A DNA stretch of 64,000 nucleotides from contig CAWFQB010000014.1 in the NCBI GenBank assembly GCA_963817895.1, forward strand, positions 544,001 through 608,000, written 5' to 3'. The translations under genes were made by a program, and so were the position numbers. Of this stretch, positions 21,218-31,766 are shown piece by piece. The DNA is from an uncultured Chthonomonadaceae bacterium (lineage in GTDB: Bacteria; Armatimonadota; Chthonomonadetes; Chthonomonadales; Chthonomonadaceae). The stretch's first letter is position 1. The number at the start of each line of letters is the position of its first letter. The notes under the pieces were generated by a model. That model was given only the letters and a program-made list of their open reading frames with translations, did no database searches and was not told where the DNA came from.

Positions 21218-22397
21218 GAAAACGATCCGCGACGTGGATGTGGCGGGCAAGCGCGTATTAACGCGCGTAGATTTCAATGTGCCGCAGGATGAACACGGCA
21301 ATATCACCGACGATACGCGCATTACCGCCGCCCTCCCGACCATCAAGTATCTTTCGGAACATGGGGCGCGGGTAATTTTGGTGTCGCATCTGGGACGGCC
21401 CAAAGGCATTACGCCGCAGTTCACCCTTGAACCCATTTCCATGCGGCTGGAAGAGTTGCTCGGTAAGCCCGTGGAACTGCTGGACAAAACTGTTGGCGAC
21501 GAAACCGCGACCGCCATCAACCATCTGCAAAATGGCGATGTGGTGCTGCTGGAAAACGTCCGCTTTTATCCCGAAGAGGAAAAAAACGACAAGGGTTTCG
21601 CGCAGGATCTGGCGTTTCTAGCGGATGTGTACGTAAACGATGCGTTCGGAACCGCGCACCGCGCCCACGCTTCTACTGAAGGCGTTGCCCACTATCTGCC
21701 GGGCGTGGCAGGCCTGCTGATGGAAAAGGAACTGGATTACCTGGGCAGCGCATTGGAAAATCCAAAACGCCCCTTTGTCGCGATTCTGGGTGGCAAAAAA
21801 GTCAAGGACAAAATCGCTGTCATTGACTCGCTGCTGGACAAAGTGGACACGCTCATCATCGGCGGCGGCATGGCGTATACCTTCCTCAAAGCGCAGGGGA
21901 AGGAGATCGGCACATCGCTGCTGGACAGCACAAATCTGGAATACTGCAAAAACGTGCTTGCGCGGGCGGGCGGCAAACTGCTGCTCCCGGTTGATGTGGT
22001 CGTAACGGACAAAAACCCATTCGACGGCGGCGAAGAGCAGTGTCAGACAACCATCGTGGGTGTGGACGCTATTCCCGCCGATCAGGAAGCCGCCGACATC
22101 GGGCCAGAAACCCGCGCCAAATTCGCGGCTGCCGTTCAGGGCGCGGGAACCGTCGTGTGGAACGGGCCGATGGGCATTTTTGAGTTCAGCAAGTTTGCCG
22201 AAGGTACGCGGGCTGTGGCGCAGGCATTGGCCGAATCGGGAGCCGTGACGATTATCGGCGGCGGCGACTCGGCGGCAGCCGCGCAGCAGTTGGGGTTTGC
22301 CGACAAGATGACGCATATCTCGACGGGCGGCGGCGCATCGCTGGAATTTCTCGAAGGCAAGCCCCTTCCCGGCGTCATCGCGCTTCAAGACAAATAA
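21210..22397 (+). CDS. pgk: Phosphoglycerate kinase
   Basis: [53 protein letters not shown]. Confidence 0.98.
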   Translation: MNKKTIRDVDVAGKRVLTRVDFNVPQDEHGNITDDTRITAALPTIKYLSEHGARVILVSHLGRPKGITPQFTLEPISMRLEELLGKPVELLDKTVGDETATAINHLQNGDVVLLENVRFYPEEEKNDKGFAQDLAFLADVYVNDAFGTAHRAHASTEGVAHYLPGVAGLLMEKELDYLGSALENPKRPFVAILGGKKVKDKIAVIDSLLDKVDTLIIGGGMAYTFLKAQGKEIGTSLLDSTNLEYCKNVLARAGGKLLLPVDVVVTDKNPFDGGEEQCQTTIVGVDAIPADQEAADIGPETRAKFAAAVQGAGTVVWNGPMGIFEFSKFAEGTRAVAQALAESGAVTIIGGGDSAAAAQQLGFADKMTHISTGGGASLEFLEGKPLPGVIALQDK

Positions 22398-22410
22398 CAG
22401 GAGAGATATT

Positions 22411-23208
22411 ATGCGGCGTATGGTGATTGCCGGCAACTGGAAGATGAACAACCTGCGCGTGGAGGCGGAGTTGCTTCTCAGCGACCTGTTGGGGCGGCTT
22501 GCGGGACAGGACCATGCGGAAATCGTGATTTGCCCGCCCTATACGGGATTGGCAACCGCTTCCGCCGTGTTTGCCAATACGGGTTTGAAATTAGGCGCGC
22601 AGGACGTGTTCTGGAAGGAAAAGGGCGCGTACACGGGCCAGATTTCGCCGCAAATGCTCGTGGACATTGGCTGCGAGTACGTGATTGTCGGTCACTCGGA
22701 AAAGCGCGGGCGGTTCGGCGTGCCGGAACCCGACTTCGACGCGGACACGCTGGCGCACTTCGGCGATAACGATGTTACGGTCAATCGCAAATTGCGGGCG
22801 GCGCAGTCTGCCGGACTGACCGTTATCTGCTGCGTCGGGGAAACCTTGCAGGAACGTCAGGAGGGCCGCACGGACGCGATTGTAGCCGCGCAAACCACTG
22901 CGGCCTTAAACGGGGTTTCCGCCGAAGATACCGCCAAAATTATCTTCGCTTATGAGCCTGTGTGGGCTATCGGAACCGGGGAAGTGTGCGCGGCAGACGA
23001 AGCGGATCGCGTGTGCGGCGTCGTTCGCGGCGCGGTCGGCAAACTGCACGGCGACGCGACTGCTGACATTGTTCGCGTCCAATACGGCGGCAGCGTGAAA
23101 GCCGATAACGCGCGGGAACTGCTCGGCAAACCCAACATAGACGGCGCATTAGTTGGCGGCGCAAGCCTCAAGGCGGCGGACTTCGCGGCGATTGTCGCGG
23201 CGGCATGA
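22411..23208 (+). CDS. tpiA: Triosephosphate isomerase
   Basis: AGNWKMN, GHSE, AYEPVWAIGTG, YGGSV, DGALVGGASL. Confidence 0.98.
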   Translation: MRRMVIAGNWKMNNLRVEAELLLSDLLGRLAGQDHAEIVICPPYTGLATASAVFANTGLKLGAQDVFWKEKGAYTGQISPQMLVDIGCEYVIVGHSEKRGRFGVPEPDFDADTLAHFGDNDVTVNRKLRAAQSAGLTVICCVGETLQERQEGRTDAIVAAQTTAALNGVSAEDTAKIIFAYEPVWAIGTGEVCAADEADRVCGVVRGAVGKLHGDATADIVRVQYGGSVKADNARELLGKPNIDGALVGGASLKAADFAAIVAAA

Positions 23209-23290
23209 GGAAGATACGAGATAAGAGATACGAGGAAGCGCGATCTGTTGAACTACTCATATCTTGTATCTCTTATCTCGTATCTTTCCT
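23208..23290. repeat. Near-perfect inverted repeat of AGATACG/AGATAAG heptamers between convergent genes
   Basis: AGGAAGATACGAGATAAGAGATACGAG (23208-23234) vs CTTGTATCTCTTATCTCGTATCTTTCCT (23263-23290). Confidence 0.85.
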
Positions 23291-24019
23291 CTCCAGCCAT
23301 TGAATAATCGTAGCGCGGGAACGGTCGGGGGCTTCGAGGTGAGAGGCGTCTATGACGGCAACCTGCGCGGCAGAACCGGCAAGCCGCGCCAATCCCTCCA
23401 CGCGCGCAACGGGAATCAGCACATCCTGACGGGCGGCAATGAAGAGAGAGGGAAGATTGCCGAGATGCTGCGCGGATGGCACAAGACTTTCGATTTCCGT
23501 CAGCAGTTGAACGGCGGGCGATCCGGCAACGTAATCGCTACGCTGCGTCAACATGGTTCGGCCAATCGCTTCCATAAAGCCTTTGGACGGTTCCAATCCC
23601 ATGCACATACTGACAACGCCCGCCAGACGCGCCACATTCGCGCTCGGCGGGTGTTGTTGTTCCTGCGCGGCAACGGCAAGCGAAGCTGCCGCGCCCATGG
23701 AATGTCCTACCAGCACAATCTGTTCCGCCCGCGAATTTTGGCGCAGCCAATTCAGCGCGGCCTGTAGATTTTCAACCGCCTGCCCGATATGGCGCATTTC
23801 GCCGCCCGTCGCGCCCATTTTATGCCCCACAAAATCGAACGTCAGCCCCTCATACCCCTTGCCCGCCAGATAGCCTGCCAGCAGATCGAGGCTGTGCTTG
23901 CCCGACGTGAAGCCATGCGCGAACAGTAGCGCGGTCGGATGCGTCACCGTTATTGGCACATAGCGCAGGGCGGCAAGCGTCACGTTGTTATCGGGTATGG
24001 ATACAATTTCCAGCTTCAA
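23273..24019 (-). CDS. Alpha/beta hydrolase
   Basis: HGF, GHSMG nucleophile elbow, D and H of triad; TTG start after GAGGAGG. Confidence 0.85.
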   Translation of the reverse strand: MKLEIVSIPDNNVTLAALRYVPITVTHPTALLFAHGFTSGKHSLDLLAGYLAGKGYEGLTFDFVGHKMGATGGEMRHIGQAVENLQAALNWLRQNSRAEQIVLVGHSMGAAASLAVAAQEQQHPPSANVARLAGVVSMCMGLEPSKGFMEAIGRTMLTQRSDYVAGSPAVQLLTEIESLVPSAQHLGNLPSLFIAARQDVLIPVARVEGLARLAGSAAQVAVIDASHLEAPDRSRATIIQWLERKDTR

Positions 24020-24032
24020 TTCGGCCTCCTCT

Positions 24033-25369
24033 TTACGCGGCAGGCAAACGCTTCTGGTTTCGAGCGATACTGTACGCCATTTGGAAGAAAAGGAGGAACA
24101 GAAGCGTCCGCGCCACCTGAGTTTGCAGGGCAAAAAGCGCGTGGTTGCGGGCAAGGATAATTAATGTGAGGCTCATGCTCAACGTCATGGCGATCAGGTT
24201 CACTTTATCGCGCGCGTTTTTGTCGGCAAGGCTGTTGATAACCACTATCAGCGGCAGACAGAGCATTCCAAAATCGGTCCAGGCGTGATAGAAGATTAGC
24301 ATGGCAATCAGCGCGAGCATGGCAAAGGACTGGTCATCCGCTATTCTCCAATCCGCAGGCTGCGTGGAGTCTGATGCCGCATCCGCCTTCTGCAAGGCGT
24401 TTGCTTGACGCGCCAGAACGACAAGCAGCCCGCACGAGAACAGCGCGAATACAGTCTCCATCACGCGCTCGATGTTGATTTCCGCCGATGTTTCCACGCC
24501 CTGTCCTCTGTTTACCCACCGTATATCATCGAAGAACAGAACGGCCACATTCATCAGAAACCCCCGGCGCGGATTTCTGAAACCGGTATCATTGACGGCT
24601 CCCGGCACAACAAGGGCGTGAATCGTGGCGCGGTATTCGCTCACCATTTGCGCGGGATGATGATACCACGCGGCAGTCGCCAGGGTAAACACAAGCGTCA
24701 GGAACACGCCATACGTCGCCGCCGTTCGTGTCGGCCTGCGCAAAAATTGGTAGATTAAGAAGGGCAGAGAGATTGTCGGCTTTGTCAGCGCGACGGCGTA
24801 AAGCAATCCACTTAGCCAGCGGATGCGGGGCTTACTCGAATAGGCCCATTGCCACGCAAGGGCAAGCGTGAGCGCCATCGGCCAGATAATTTGTCCGAAG
24901 TAGGCAACGACATAGGGAGGCGCGGAGAGGAAAATCGCCGCCAGCCACACCGGCAGTCCTGACGGCGGCAAGTTTCGCCCGAACTGCCGGTACAGAACGA
25001 CGCCGAAGAGTGGCAAACAAATACCGGTGCTGAAGAAGAACCACAATATATGCGCGACACGCCAGGAAAACAGCGCGAAGGGCATATACATCCATGCCGT
25101 CGCCGGGGGATATGCATTGACGATGAAAGCGTAAAAACTCCCGTCCGACCATAAATGACGTACCCCCTCATAAAGTTGGAGGTCATCGCCGACATACCCC
25201 TGATGCGTGGAGTGGAAGCCGCGCAAAAGCAAGACGATGTAAGCCCCACACGCGAGTATCCACAACAACGCGCTTACCGTCTTGTTGTAAGCAAAGCGTT
25301 TGTCGCCTGCTTCTGCCGCGCCTTCCAATGATTGCTCCTTATTTCCAGCCTTGTGTTCATCAGCGTCAT
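24033..25369 (-). CDS. GT87/DUF2029-like membrane glycosyltransferase (start uncertain)
   Basis: GDD, YPP, GQ, KP motifs and many TM helices; ATG 25369 overlaps upstream stop but needs a frameshift to join. Confidence 0.7.
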
Positions 25370-25962
25370 GTAGATGAGTTGCTGCCGTCCGCGCCCGTGT
25401 AGTAATCTTTGCTCCACCAGAATACATACTCGCCGGACTCGACCCAATTCTTGAGGTCTGCTTCCGATTCTTGACGTTCCTCCTCGTCTTCTTCCTCGTC
25501 CAGAACCTGAAGGTGTCCGGGAACATCTTCGATACCGATGAGATACTCCGGGTCGAAAAAGCGCTTGATGCGAATGGTTCCCCACGTAAACCCCAGTTCC
25601 GCCTGCCAGTCTTTAATCAATTTATCTACCACAGGCTCACAGCGGCGGTAATACTGCCAGTCGGCTTCGGCTTTTTGACGCTCAGGCGGTTCCCACAATT
25701 TGCGCGTTCCACCCGCGAACTCTCCTTCCGGCGTAAAGAAGTAGGTTACGACATGTTCACCATAACAGCCCATGATGATCTGCCTGCCATCGGCAATCGC
25801 GCCGCAATAAAAGTCGGCGCGTTCTTCGCTGCCATAGCCTTGCAGATGAAAAATGTGATCTTCACCGTAAAACTTGTCCGTTTCAAAGCCGGGGAGGAAG
25901 GTGACGTTCTCGCCATCCACATAAATGCCGGAACCGTCGTAAGGTTTGGGTTCATCGGTCAT
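25366..25962 (-). CDS. Hypothetical acidic protein
   Basis: 198-aa ORF tightly coupled to both neighbours; ADGRQ, IRIKRF and FWWSKDYY motifs. Confidence 0.7.
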   Translation of the reverse strand: MTDEPKPYDGSGIYVDGENVTFLPGFETDKFYGEDHIFHLQGYGSEERADFYCGAIADGRQIIMGCYGEHVVTYFFTPEGEFAGGTRKLWEPPERQKAEADWQYYRRCEPVVDKLIKDWQAELGFTWGTIRIKRFFDPEYLIGIEDVPGHLQVLDEEEDEEERQESEADLKNWVESGEYVFWWSKDYYTGADGSNSST

Positions 25963-26807
25963 CAGCGTTCTTTTCTGCTCTGTTGCTGTACTTGTTTCAC
26001 ATCCATGTCAGAGTAGTTGGCGCGTAACAGATTATCTGACAACGTTTGCGGGACAGGTTGAGCCGCCCGCAGCAACGTTTCAGGTTGCCGAATATTCTCG
26101 GAAGCCCGTAGCAGCATCTGCTGGCTCTGCGTTTGCTGTTCGCGTTCCGTTATCGTATTTCGGCACTGCTGAATAGTCTCCATCAACTGTTGAGGCAAAT
26201 CCGGTTCCTTTGCTATCGTATCCAGAACACGCAATGTCTCCCGATTTCCGATTTTCCCAAACGCATGGACAATCGCCAGCCGCAATTCCAGAACATAGGA
26301 GTGCCGCACTAAGTCGTAAAGAACGTGGTATTGCCGCGCGCCGATGACATTCACATGTTGGCTGTCCAGAGCGGGAAGCAGGCAAATCATCGCTTGCGTG
26401 ACATACGCTCTGTTGTCTTCCGTTTCCATCAGTTCCAGCAGAGCCGGTATCGCATCAGGACTCTGGCTGTGTAAAATCGTGTACTTTGCTGTCTGATACT
26501 CATGTTCCAGCATCTTCCCAAGTTCCTGCTTTTCATTCACCCACAGTAGCAAACAATACAGACATGTGATCCACAAACCCAATGCAAAAGTCCATATATC
26601 CGCAACATAGTTTTTCAGGGGAAACAATATACAGCCACAACCTGCCCATGTCAGTAGACAGGTTTTGAAGAAGCGGGTTTCATAACGCGCCTCTATTTTC
26701 ATGCCATTGTTAGAAGGGAGTGACTCCATATCCTTCCGAAAGCCGCGAATGGCTTGATATGCGGTTTCAGTAGTATCATTTGTATCCAATGTTGCAGACA
26801 TTCTCAT
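25962..26807 (-). CDS. Hypothetical membrane protein with HEAT-like repeat
   Basis: 2 TM helices, AIPALLELM and AFGKIG HEAT-like segments, C-terminal LLRA x3; visibly AT-richer. Confidence 0.65.
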   Translation of the reverse strand: MRMSATLDTNDTTETAYQAIRGFRKDMESLPSNNGMKIEARYETRFFKTCLLTWAGCGCILFPLKNYVADIWTFALGLWITCLYCLLLWVNEKQELGKMLEHEYQTAKYTILHSQSPDAIPALLELMETEDNRAYVTQAMICLLPALDSQHVNVIGARQYHVLYDLVRHSYVLELRLAIVHAFGKIGNRETLRVLDTIAKEPDLPQQLMETIQQCRNTITEREQQTQSQQMLLRASENIRQPETLLRAAQPVPQTLSDNLLRANYSDMDVKQVQQQSRKER

Positions 26808-26821
26808 GCCCTTCGTTTCTC

Positions 26822-27661
26822 TTACTTTCGGGTTTCCATCACACTTCGTGTTTTGTGCCGCGCGCCCTCTTCCTGTTCGGTGCGCCAGTTCGGGTCTTGG
26901 AGGGAACGGACAACCACGTCTTTTACTTCTTCCGGGCTGTCGGTGACAATCAGCAAATCCGTATCTGCGGCGGTGATGTTGCCGTGTTCCAGCATGGTCG
27001 TGTTCAGCCAGTCCAGCAGGCCCTGCCAGTACGCTGCGCCGAATAAAACAACCGGGAAATTCTTCACTTTGCCGGTCTGTATCAGCGTCAGGGACTCGAA
27101 CAGTTCGTCCATTGTGCCGAAGCCACCCGGAAAAATGACGAACGCCTGCGCGTACTTGACCATCATGGTTTTGCGGCAAAAAAAGTAGCGGAAGTCCACG
27201 CTGATGTCTACATATTGATTGAGCGATTGTTCAAACGGCAGTTCGATGTTCAGTCCGACGGATTTCGCGTTTGCCGCTTTTGCGCCCCGGTTGGCGGCTT
27301 CCATGATTCCCGGCCCGCCGCCCGTGATAATGGTCAGCCCCGCGCTTCCCAACAATCGCGCCGTTTCCATTGCTGCCGCGTACATCGGATCGTCCTGTTT
27401 TGTCCTTGCCGAACCGAACAGCGTCACGGCCGGGCCAAGATCGGCCAGCGCGTCGAAGCCCTCCACGAATTCGCCGGTGATACGCATGACGCGCCAGGGG
27501 TCGGAATGCGTGAACGCGGAGCGATTCGGGTCAGGGGCCGCAAGCAGTTTTTCATCGTCGGTTTCTTCGCCGCGAACGGCGGCGCGATTCAGAGCGCGAG
27601 CCGGCACGACATACGAAGCCATCATTTCACCATCATCATCGTTGTTGACAGGGTTGTTCAT
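26822..27661 (-). CDS. LOG family (TIGR00730) Rossmann-fold protein
   Basis: FGSAR, TGGGPGIMEAAN, PGGFGTMDE. Confidence 0.92.
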   Translation of the reverse strand: MNNPVNNDDDGEMMASYVVPARALNRAAVRGEETDDEKLLAAPDPNRSAFTHSDPWRVMRITGEFVEGFDALADLGPAVTLFGSARTKQDDPMYAAAMETARLLGSAGLTIITGGGPGIMEAANRGAKAANAKSVGLNIELPFEQSLNQYVDISVDFRYFFCRKTMMVKYAQAFVIFPGGFGTMDELFESLTLIQTGKVKNFPVVLFGAAYWQGLLDWLNTTMLEHGNITAADTDLLIVTDSPEEVKDVVVRSLQDPNWRTEQEEGARHKTRSVMETRK

Positions 27662-27676
27662 AATATTTTCGTTTTC

Positions 27677-29489
27677 TTACAGTTTAGTATCAGGACGCGG
27701 GCCGTAGTGGGGAGGTTCCACTCCGTATTCATACGCGCCCAAATCCGGCGCGTGGCCCACATAGCCATCGTTGAAGCCGGGAAGAGGCTCGCCACGGTCA
27801 ATGGCCGAACTGCCGGGTTTCAGGCGCAGGTCCAGTTTATCGGGATTATAAACCGTCAGGTCGTTTTGCGGGGCGCGTGTCTGATTTTGGAACAGATTCA
27901 GCGGGTCAAGGTTTATAATGTGCCGCTCTACCGGACATTTCGCTCTTACCTCTTCGGGCGAAGCGTACTTGACGTTGTTCCACTTGAAAAACACATCTCC
28001 CGACCAGCCGGCAAACCCGTCAAAATCCCAATCGCAGTCGAGGGCAAGCGGACTGCTATCAAAGCCTCTGCCGCTCGTGCCGACCAGCAGATTGTTGCGC
28101 AGATAGCAGTTGCTGAACGAATCGGTCGTGTTCACTTGCAGCGCAACTCCGGCGCGAACCGTCGTATTATGGACGATTACCGCGCCGCTTGGCGAATTGT
28201 GCAGTTTGAACGGTTCGTTGCGGATGTTGTAAATCACGTTCCGAAACGCATATACCGGCCCGCCATAAACCGGCTGAAACGAGATGCCGCACAGCACGTT
28301 GGTATAGCGATTATAGAAGTTACGGGTGTTGCGATCCGAGCCGTCCATTTCCGAGCCGTCGTCAAACACATCGCGCACATCATTGTTGTGGAAATCGTTG
28401 GATACGCAGGCGCGGCAATCGTCTAAATCAAGTCCGTCCTTGCAATGCGAAATCAGGTTGTAACACGCCACATTGCCCTGCCCCGAAATCCATATAGCGC
28501 GCGATTCGGGCAGTTCATGCCACTGCTTATCAGTTGCGGGCCAGGGCATGAAACCCTCAATCGTATTGTCGGATATGAAAAACCCGCCCAACAACCCCGT
28601 ATCATCTTTGACCGCGTACACGCCGCATAATACATCGTGGATATGGCAGCGCCGAACCACGATACGCTGCGAACTCATGGGCGCAGATGCCGGAATAGGC
28701 GTTGCACAGCGTGAGTTTTTCAAACCAAACGTCATGCCTGTCCCGCGCGTCTATGGCGTGAACGGTCAATTTCTCATGCGGCTGTTTCGCGTCCAGAATG
28801 GTTTCACCGTCGCCCGCGCCGCGCCAGATAATCGGCTTGCCCGGTTCGCCACTGGCGCGAATGGTCATGGGCGCGTCATACGTTCCCGCGTGAAGCAGCA
28901 GCAAGTCGCCCGGTTTGGCGGCGGAATTCGCCGCCTGTAATCCGCGAAACGGGTCTGTCCGGGTTCCTGCTCCCCCGCCATTGCCGGGAAGGACATGCCG
29001 TTCCCTCATTCCGGGCGGCGTCACAGGTTCCCCGACGGTACGCGCCTTCAACATCTTCTGTACTACAGCGTTTCCGTCACCCTGTAGCGTCAGGCGCAAT
29101 TCATACGCCGTGTCCGGGTCGAGCAGAAACACGCTGCCCGCGTACAGATGCGCCCCGGCAGGCACAGCAACGGCAAGCGGTTTCGGTCTGCCGCCCTCAT
29201 CCTTGAACGGCCCGCGCTCCGAGCGAAAGAGGGGCGGCCCCGGCTTCCAGACACTCGTTCCCGCCTTCCGATACGCCACGTCCACCTTTGCCGCCGCGTT
29301 CCCCTCATCCCGCAGTATCCAGTACACGCCCAGACACCGCAGCGTCGGCGGATCAAGGACAGGTTCCCCAACCGGCGTTACCGAACGTGCAGCAGATACT
29401 CTGGTCAGCATCATCAATGCGCTGAAAAGAAGCGGCAACAGAAGCCGTAGAGTTACTCGTTTTTGATGTTTATGAATGATTATGTTCAT
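27677..29489 (-). CDS. Secreted right-handed beta-helix protein (frameshift near 28680)
   Basis: Signal peptide, PGDLLLLHAGTY, G-x-PGKPI, DDGSEMDG, S-x-AID-x-G, APDLGAYE. Confidence 0.75.
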
Positions 29490-29898
29490 GTTCTTTTATC
29501 AACCACGCAACCAACTCCGCCATATCCCTGTCGCCAACCTTTGCCTTAAGTTGCTTCAAAATATCCACTGCCAATTCCCCCATTGCCTGATTTGTCAGCG
29601 TATCCAAATGCGCAGTGAAGTATGCGGCTATGACCCCGGCCTCATCCCGCTCCTGTTTTGCGGCATCAAGGGCTTCCTGAAGTTCACGGATTGCTGACAA
29701 ACGGTTGACCGCATCCGGGTACAGTTCCGAAGTCTGATACAGCAGGTTTTGCGCCGCTGTTGCAATATCTTTCGCTTTAGTGTCTGTACCGCGTATATGC
29801 TGTAGTACGCTCTTTGGAAGGAGCACCCAGTTTGAAATATCGTTCCATGACGCCAACTCTTCCGCCAGCCGTTGCTTTTCCGCTTCGCTAATTTCCAT
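29470..29898 (-). CDS. Hypothetical protein
   Basis: 142-aa helical ORF with GAGG RBS, between lnt and the beta-helix gene. Confidence 0.6.
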   Translation of the reverse strand: MEISEAEKQRLAEELASWNDISNWVLLPKSVLQHIRGTDTKAKDIATAAQNLLYQTSELYPDAVNRLSAIRELQEALDAAKQERDEAGVIAAYFTAHLDTLTNQAMGELAVDILKQLKAKVGDRDMAELVAWLIKEHEHNHS

Positions 29899-29921
29899 AT
29901 TGCGCCTCTCTGTATTCTTTG

Positions 29922-31679
29922 CTACTCCCCTGCTTCTCTCCTCCCCGTGTTCCCCGTGTACCCCGTGGTTTCATTCCTTCGCTGTTTACGGGTATTGGCA
30001 ATGAGTTGCGTGAGGAGCAGCAGGCATAGAAGGGGAACCCAGTCGCCAAGTTGGGTATACAGCGTTTCGCCGGACAGCATCTGCATGGTTCGGACGCCAT
30101 ACGCCACCTGATTCAGCGGCAGTTTGTCCAGAACGCGGCCCCGGCTGTCCAGAAAACACGTCACGCCCGTTGTCGTAGAACGGACGGTTTCGCGGCGGTT
30201 TTCAATGGTTCGCAGGACGACGGCGGCAAGATGCTGTTCCATGGCGGCGCGGGACTGAAACCACGAATCGTTGCTTTGCGTGACCAGCAGCGTTGCGCCC
30301 TTCTGCGTCATTTCGCGAGCATACGGCGGGAACATGGCCTCGTAACAGATGAACGGACCAAGATCAACTTTGCCATAAGCGGGGTCGTTGTAGGAAAGCA
30401 CAGTCGCGCCCTCCCCCGTCACATCATCATGGCTGGGGAATTGAAATGTTTGCGTGACCGGTTCGGGAATCAGATCGCGGAACGGGATAAACTCGCCGAA
30501 CGGCACTAGCTGCCGCTTTACGTAAAAGGCCGGTTTGGGCGCGTGGCTGTTGGGATCGAACAACACGCTGGCGTTTTCGCGCACCTCATACCTACCCCGT
30601 TCCGAACCGATGGCGGCCTTGCGGGTTTCCGTTCGGGTTTCTGTCAGGGTCGCGCCGGTAATCACGGCGGCGTTCGTGTCACGGGCAAGATACGTCAGGA
30701 ACGAAAGGACGCGCCCGTCGTGAATCGCGTCACCCGGCGCGGCGGACTCGGCCCATACATACAATGAGGGGCGCGGCATTGCCTTTGCCGCCTGCGCGGT
30801 CAGATTGGTAAACACATCGTACTGCTCGGAGGGTGACGTGACGGGCGCGGGGTTGAAATCGCTTTGCAGGGAGTTGAACCCGCCCTGCATGGCGGCAACG
30901 GGAAGCGGACGCCCCACATCCGGCTGCATCAGTCGCCCGACGCCATAAATACAAACCATGACAACGGTTGTCAGGGACGCCCACAGGTAGCGGGTACTCT
31001 CCGCTTGTTCCCGATGCGTCCACCACCACGCGATTGCGGCATTGACAAGCATCATCAGAAAACTTACGCCATACGCGCCCGTCACATCCGCCATTTGCAG
31101 CACGGGCAAAAACTTGTACTGCGTATAACTTAACTGCGCCCAGGGCATCGTCAGTGTGCCGCGCGTCCGCAGAGCCTCAATCAGCACCCACGCGGCGGCA
31201 AGCGCAAGGACGTAAACGCCGCCTGTGATTTTGCCCTCGCGCAATCGTTGATGCAGCCACCACGCCATGCCGCCCCACAGCGCATAGAAGCCCGCCAGTA
31301 TGAACGTCAGGCCGAACCAGCCGCCCCACCCCAACAGCGTGGACGTGAGACCGGGTGACGAATTGTGCAGCCACGCGCCGATTGTCAGGCCAATCCAGTA
31401 CCACACCATGCCCAAAAACACCCATCCAAATAGATAGCCGCGCCACATCGCCTGCCGCAGACGCTTTGCCCGCGTCACGCTCAAAATCAGCGGCGCAATG
31501 GCAACCCACGCCAGCGGCCACAGGGAGGGCGTCGGATTTGCAAGCCACAGCAGAATACCGGCCAGCAGCGCAAGCCGCAAACCGGGCAAGCGCGGAGCGG
31601 AATCCCTGCCACGCGTTGTCACTGTCGGTGGCGCGGGCGGAAGACTATCAGCCGGATTGGGGAGAAGTTCGGTAGTCAC
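29922..31679 (-). CDS. lnt: Apolipoprotein N-acyltransferase
   Basis: TM domain, W-x-E, K-x-x-LVPFGEFIP, ICYE, SNDSWF, R-x-IENRR. Confidence 0.93.
   Translation of the reverse strand: MTTELLPNPADSLPPAPPTVTTRGRDSAPRLPGLRLALLAGILLWLANPTPSLWPLAWVAIAPLILSVTRAKRLRQAMWRGYLFGWVFLGMVWYWIGLTIGAWLHNSSPGLTSTLLGWGGWFGLTFILAGFYALWGGMAWWLHQRLREGKITGGVYVLALAAAWVLIEALRTRGTLTMPWAQLSYTQYKFLPVLQMADVTGAYGVSFLMMLVNAAIAWWWTHREQAESTRYLWASLTTVVMVCIYGVGRLMQPDVGRPLPVAAMQGGFNSLQSDFNPAPVTSPSEQYDVFTNLTAQAAKAMPRPSLYVWAESAAPGDAIHDGRVLSFLTYLARDTNAAVITGATLTETRTETRKAAIGSERGRYEVRENASVLFDPNSHAPKPAFYVKRQLVPFGEFIPFRDLIPEPVTQTFQFPSHDDVTGEGATVLSYNDPAYGKVDLGPFICYEAMFPPYAREMTQKGATLLVTQSNDSWFQSRAAMEQHLAAVVLRTIENRRETVRSTTTGVTCFLDSRGRVLDKLPLNQVAYGVRTMQMLSGETLYTQLGDWVPLLCLLLLTQLIANTRKQRRNETTGYTGNTGRREAGE
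29942..29970. repeat. Nonamer tandem repeat (TCCCCGTGT) x3 in the lnt 3' tail
   Basis: TCCCCGTGT TCCCCGTGT ACCCCGTGG TT. Confidence 0.75.
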
Positions 31680-31766
31680 GTTTTCTTGTACGCGGAAACG
31701 GAAAAAGGAGTTGCGGCAACAAAGAGAGAACTATGCTCTCATCCTGTTTGTGAAAGTGAGTTCGCC

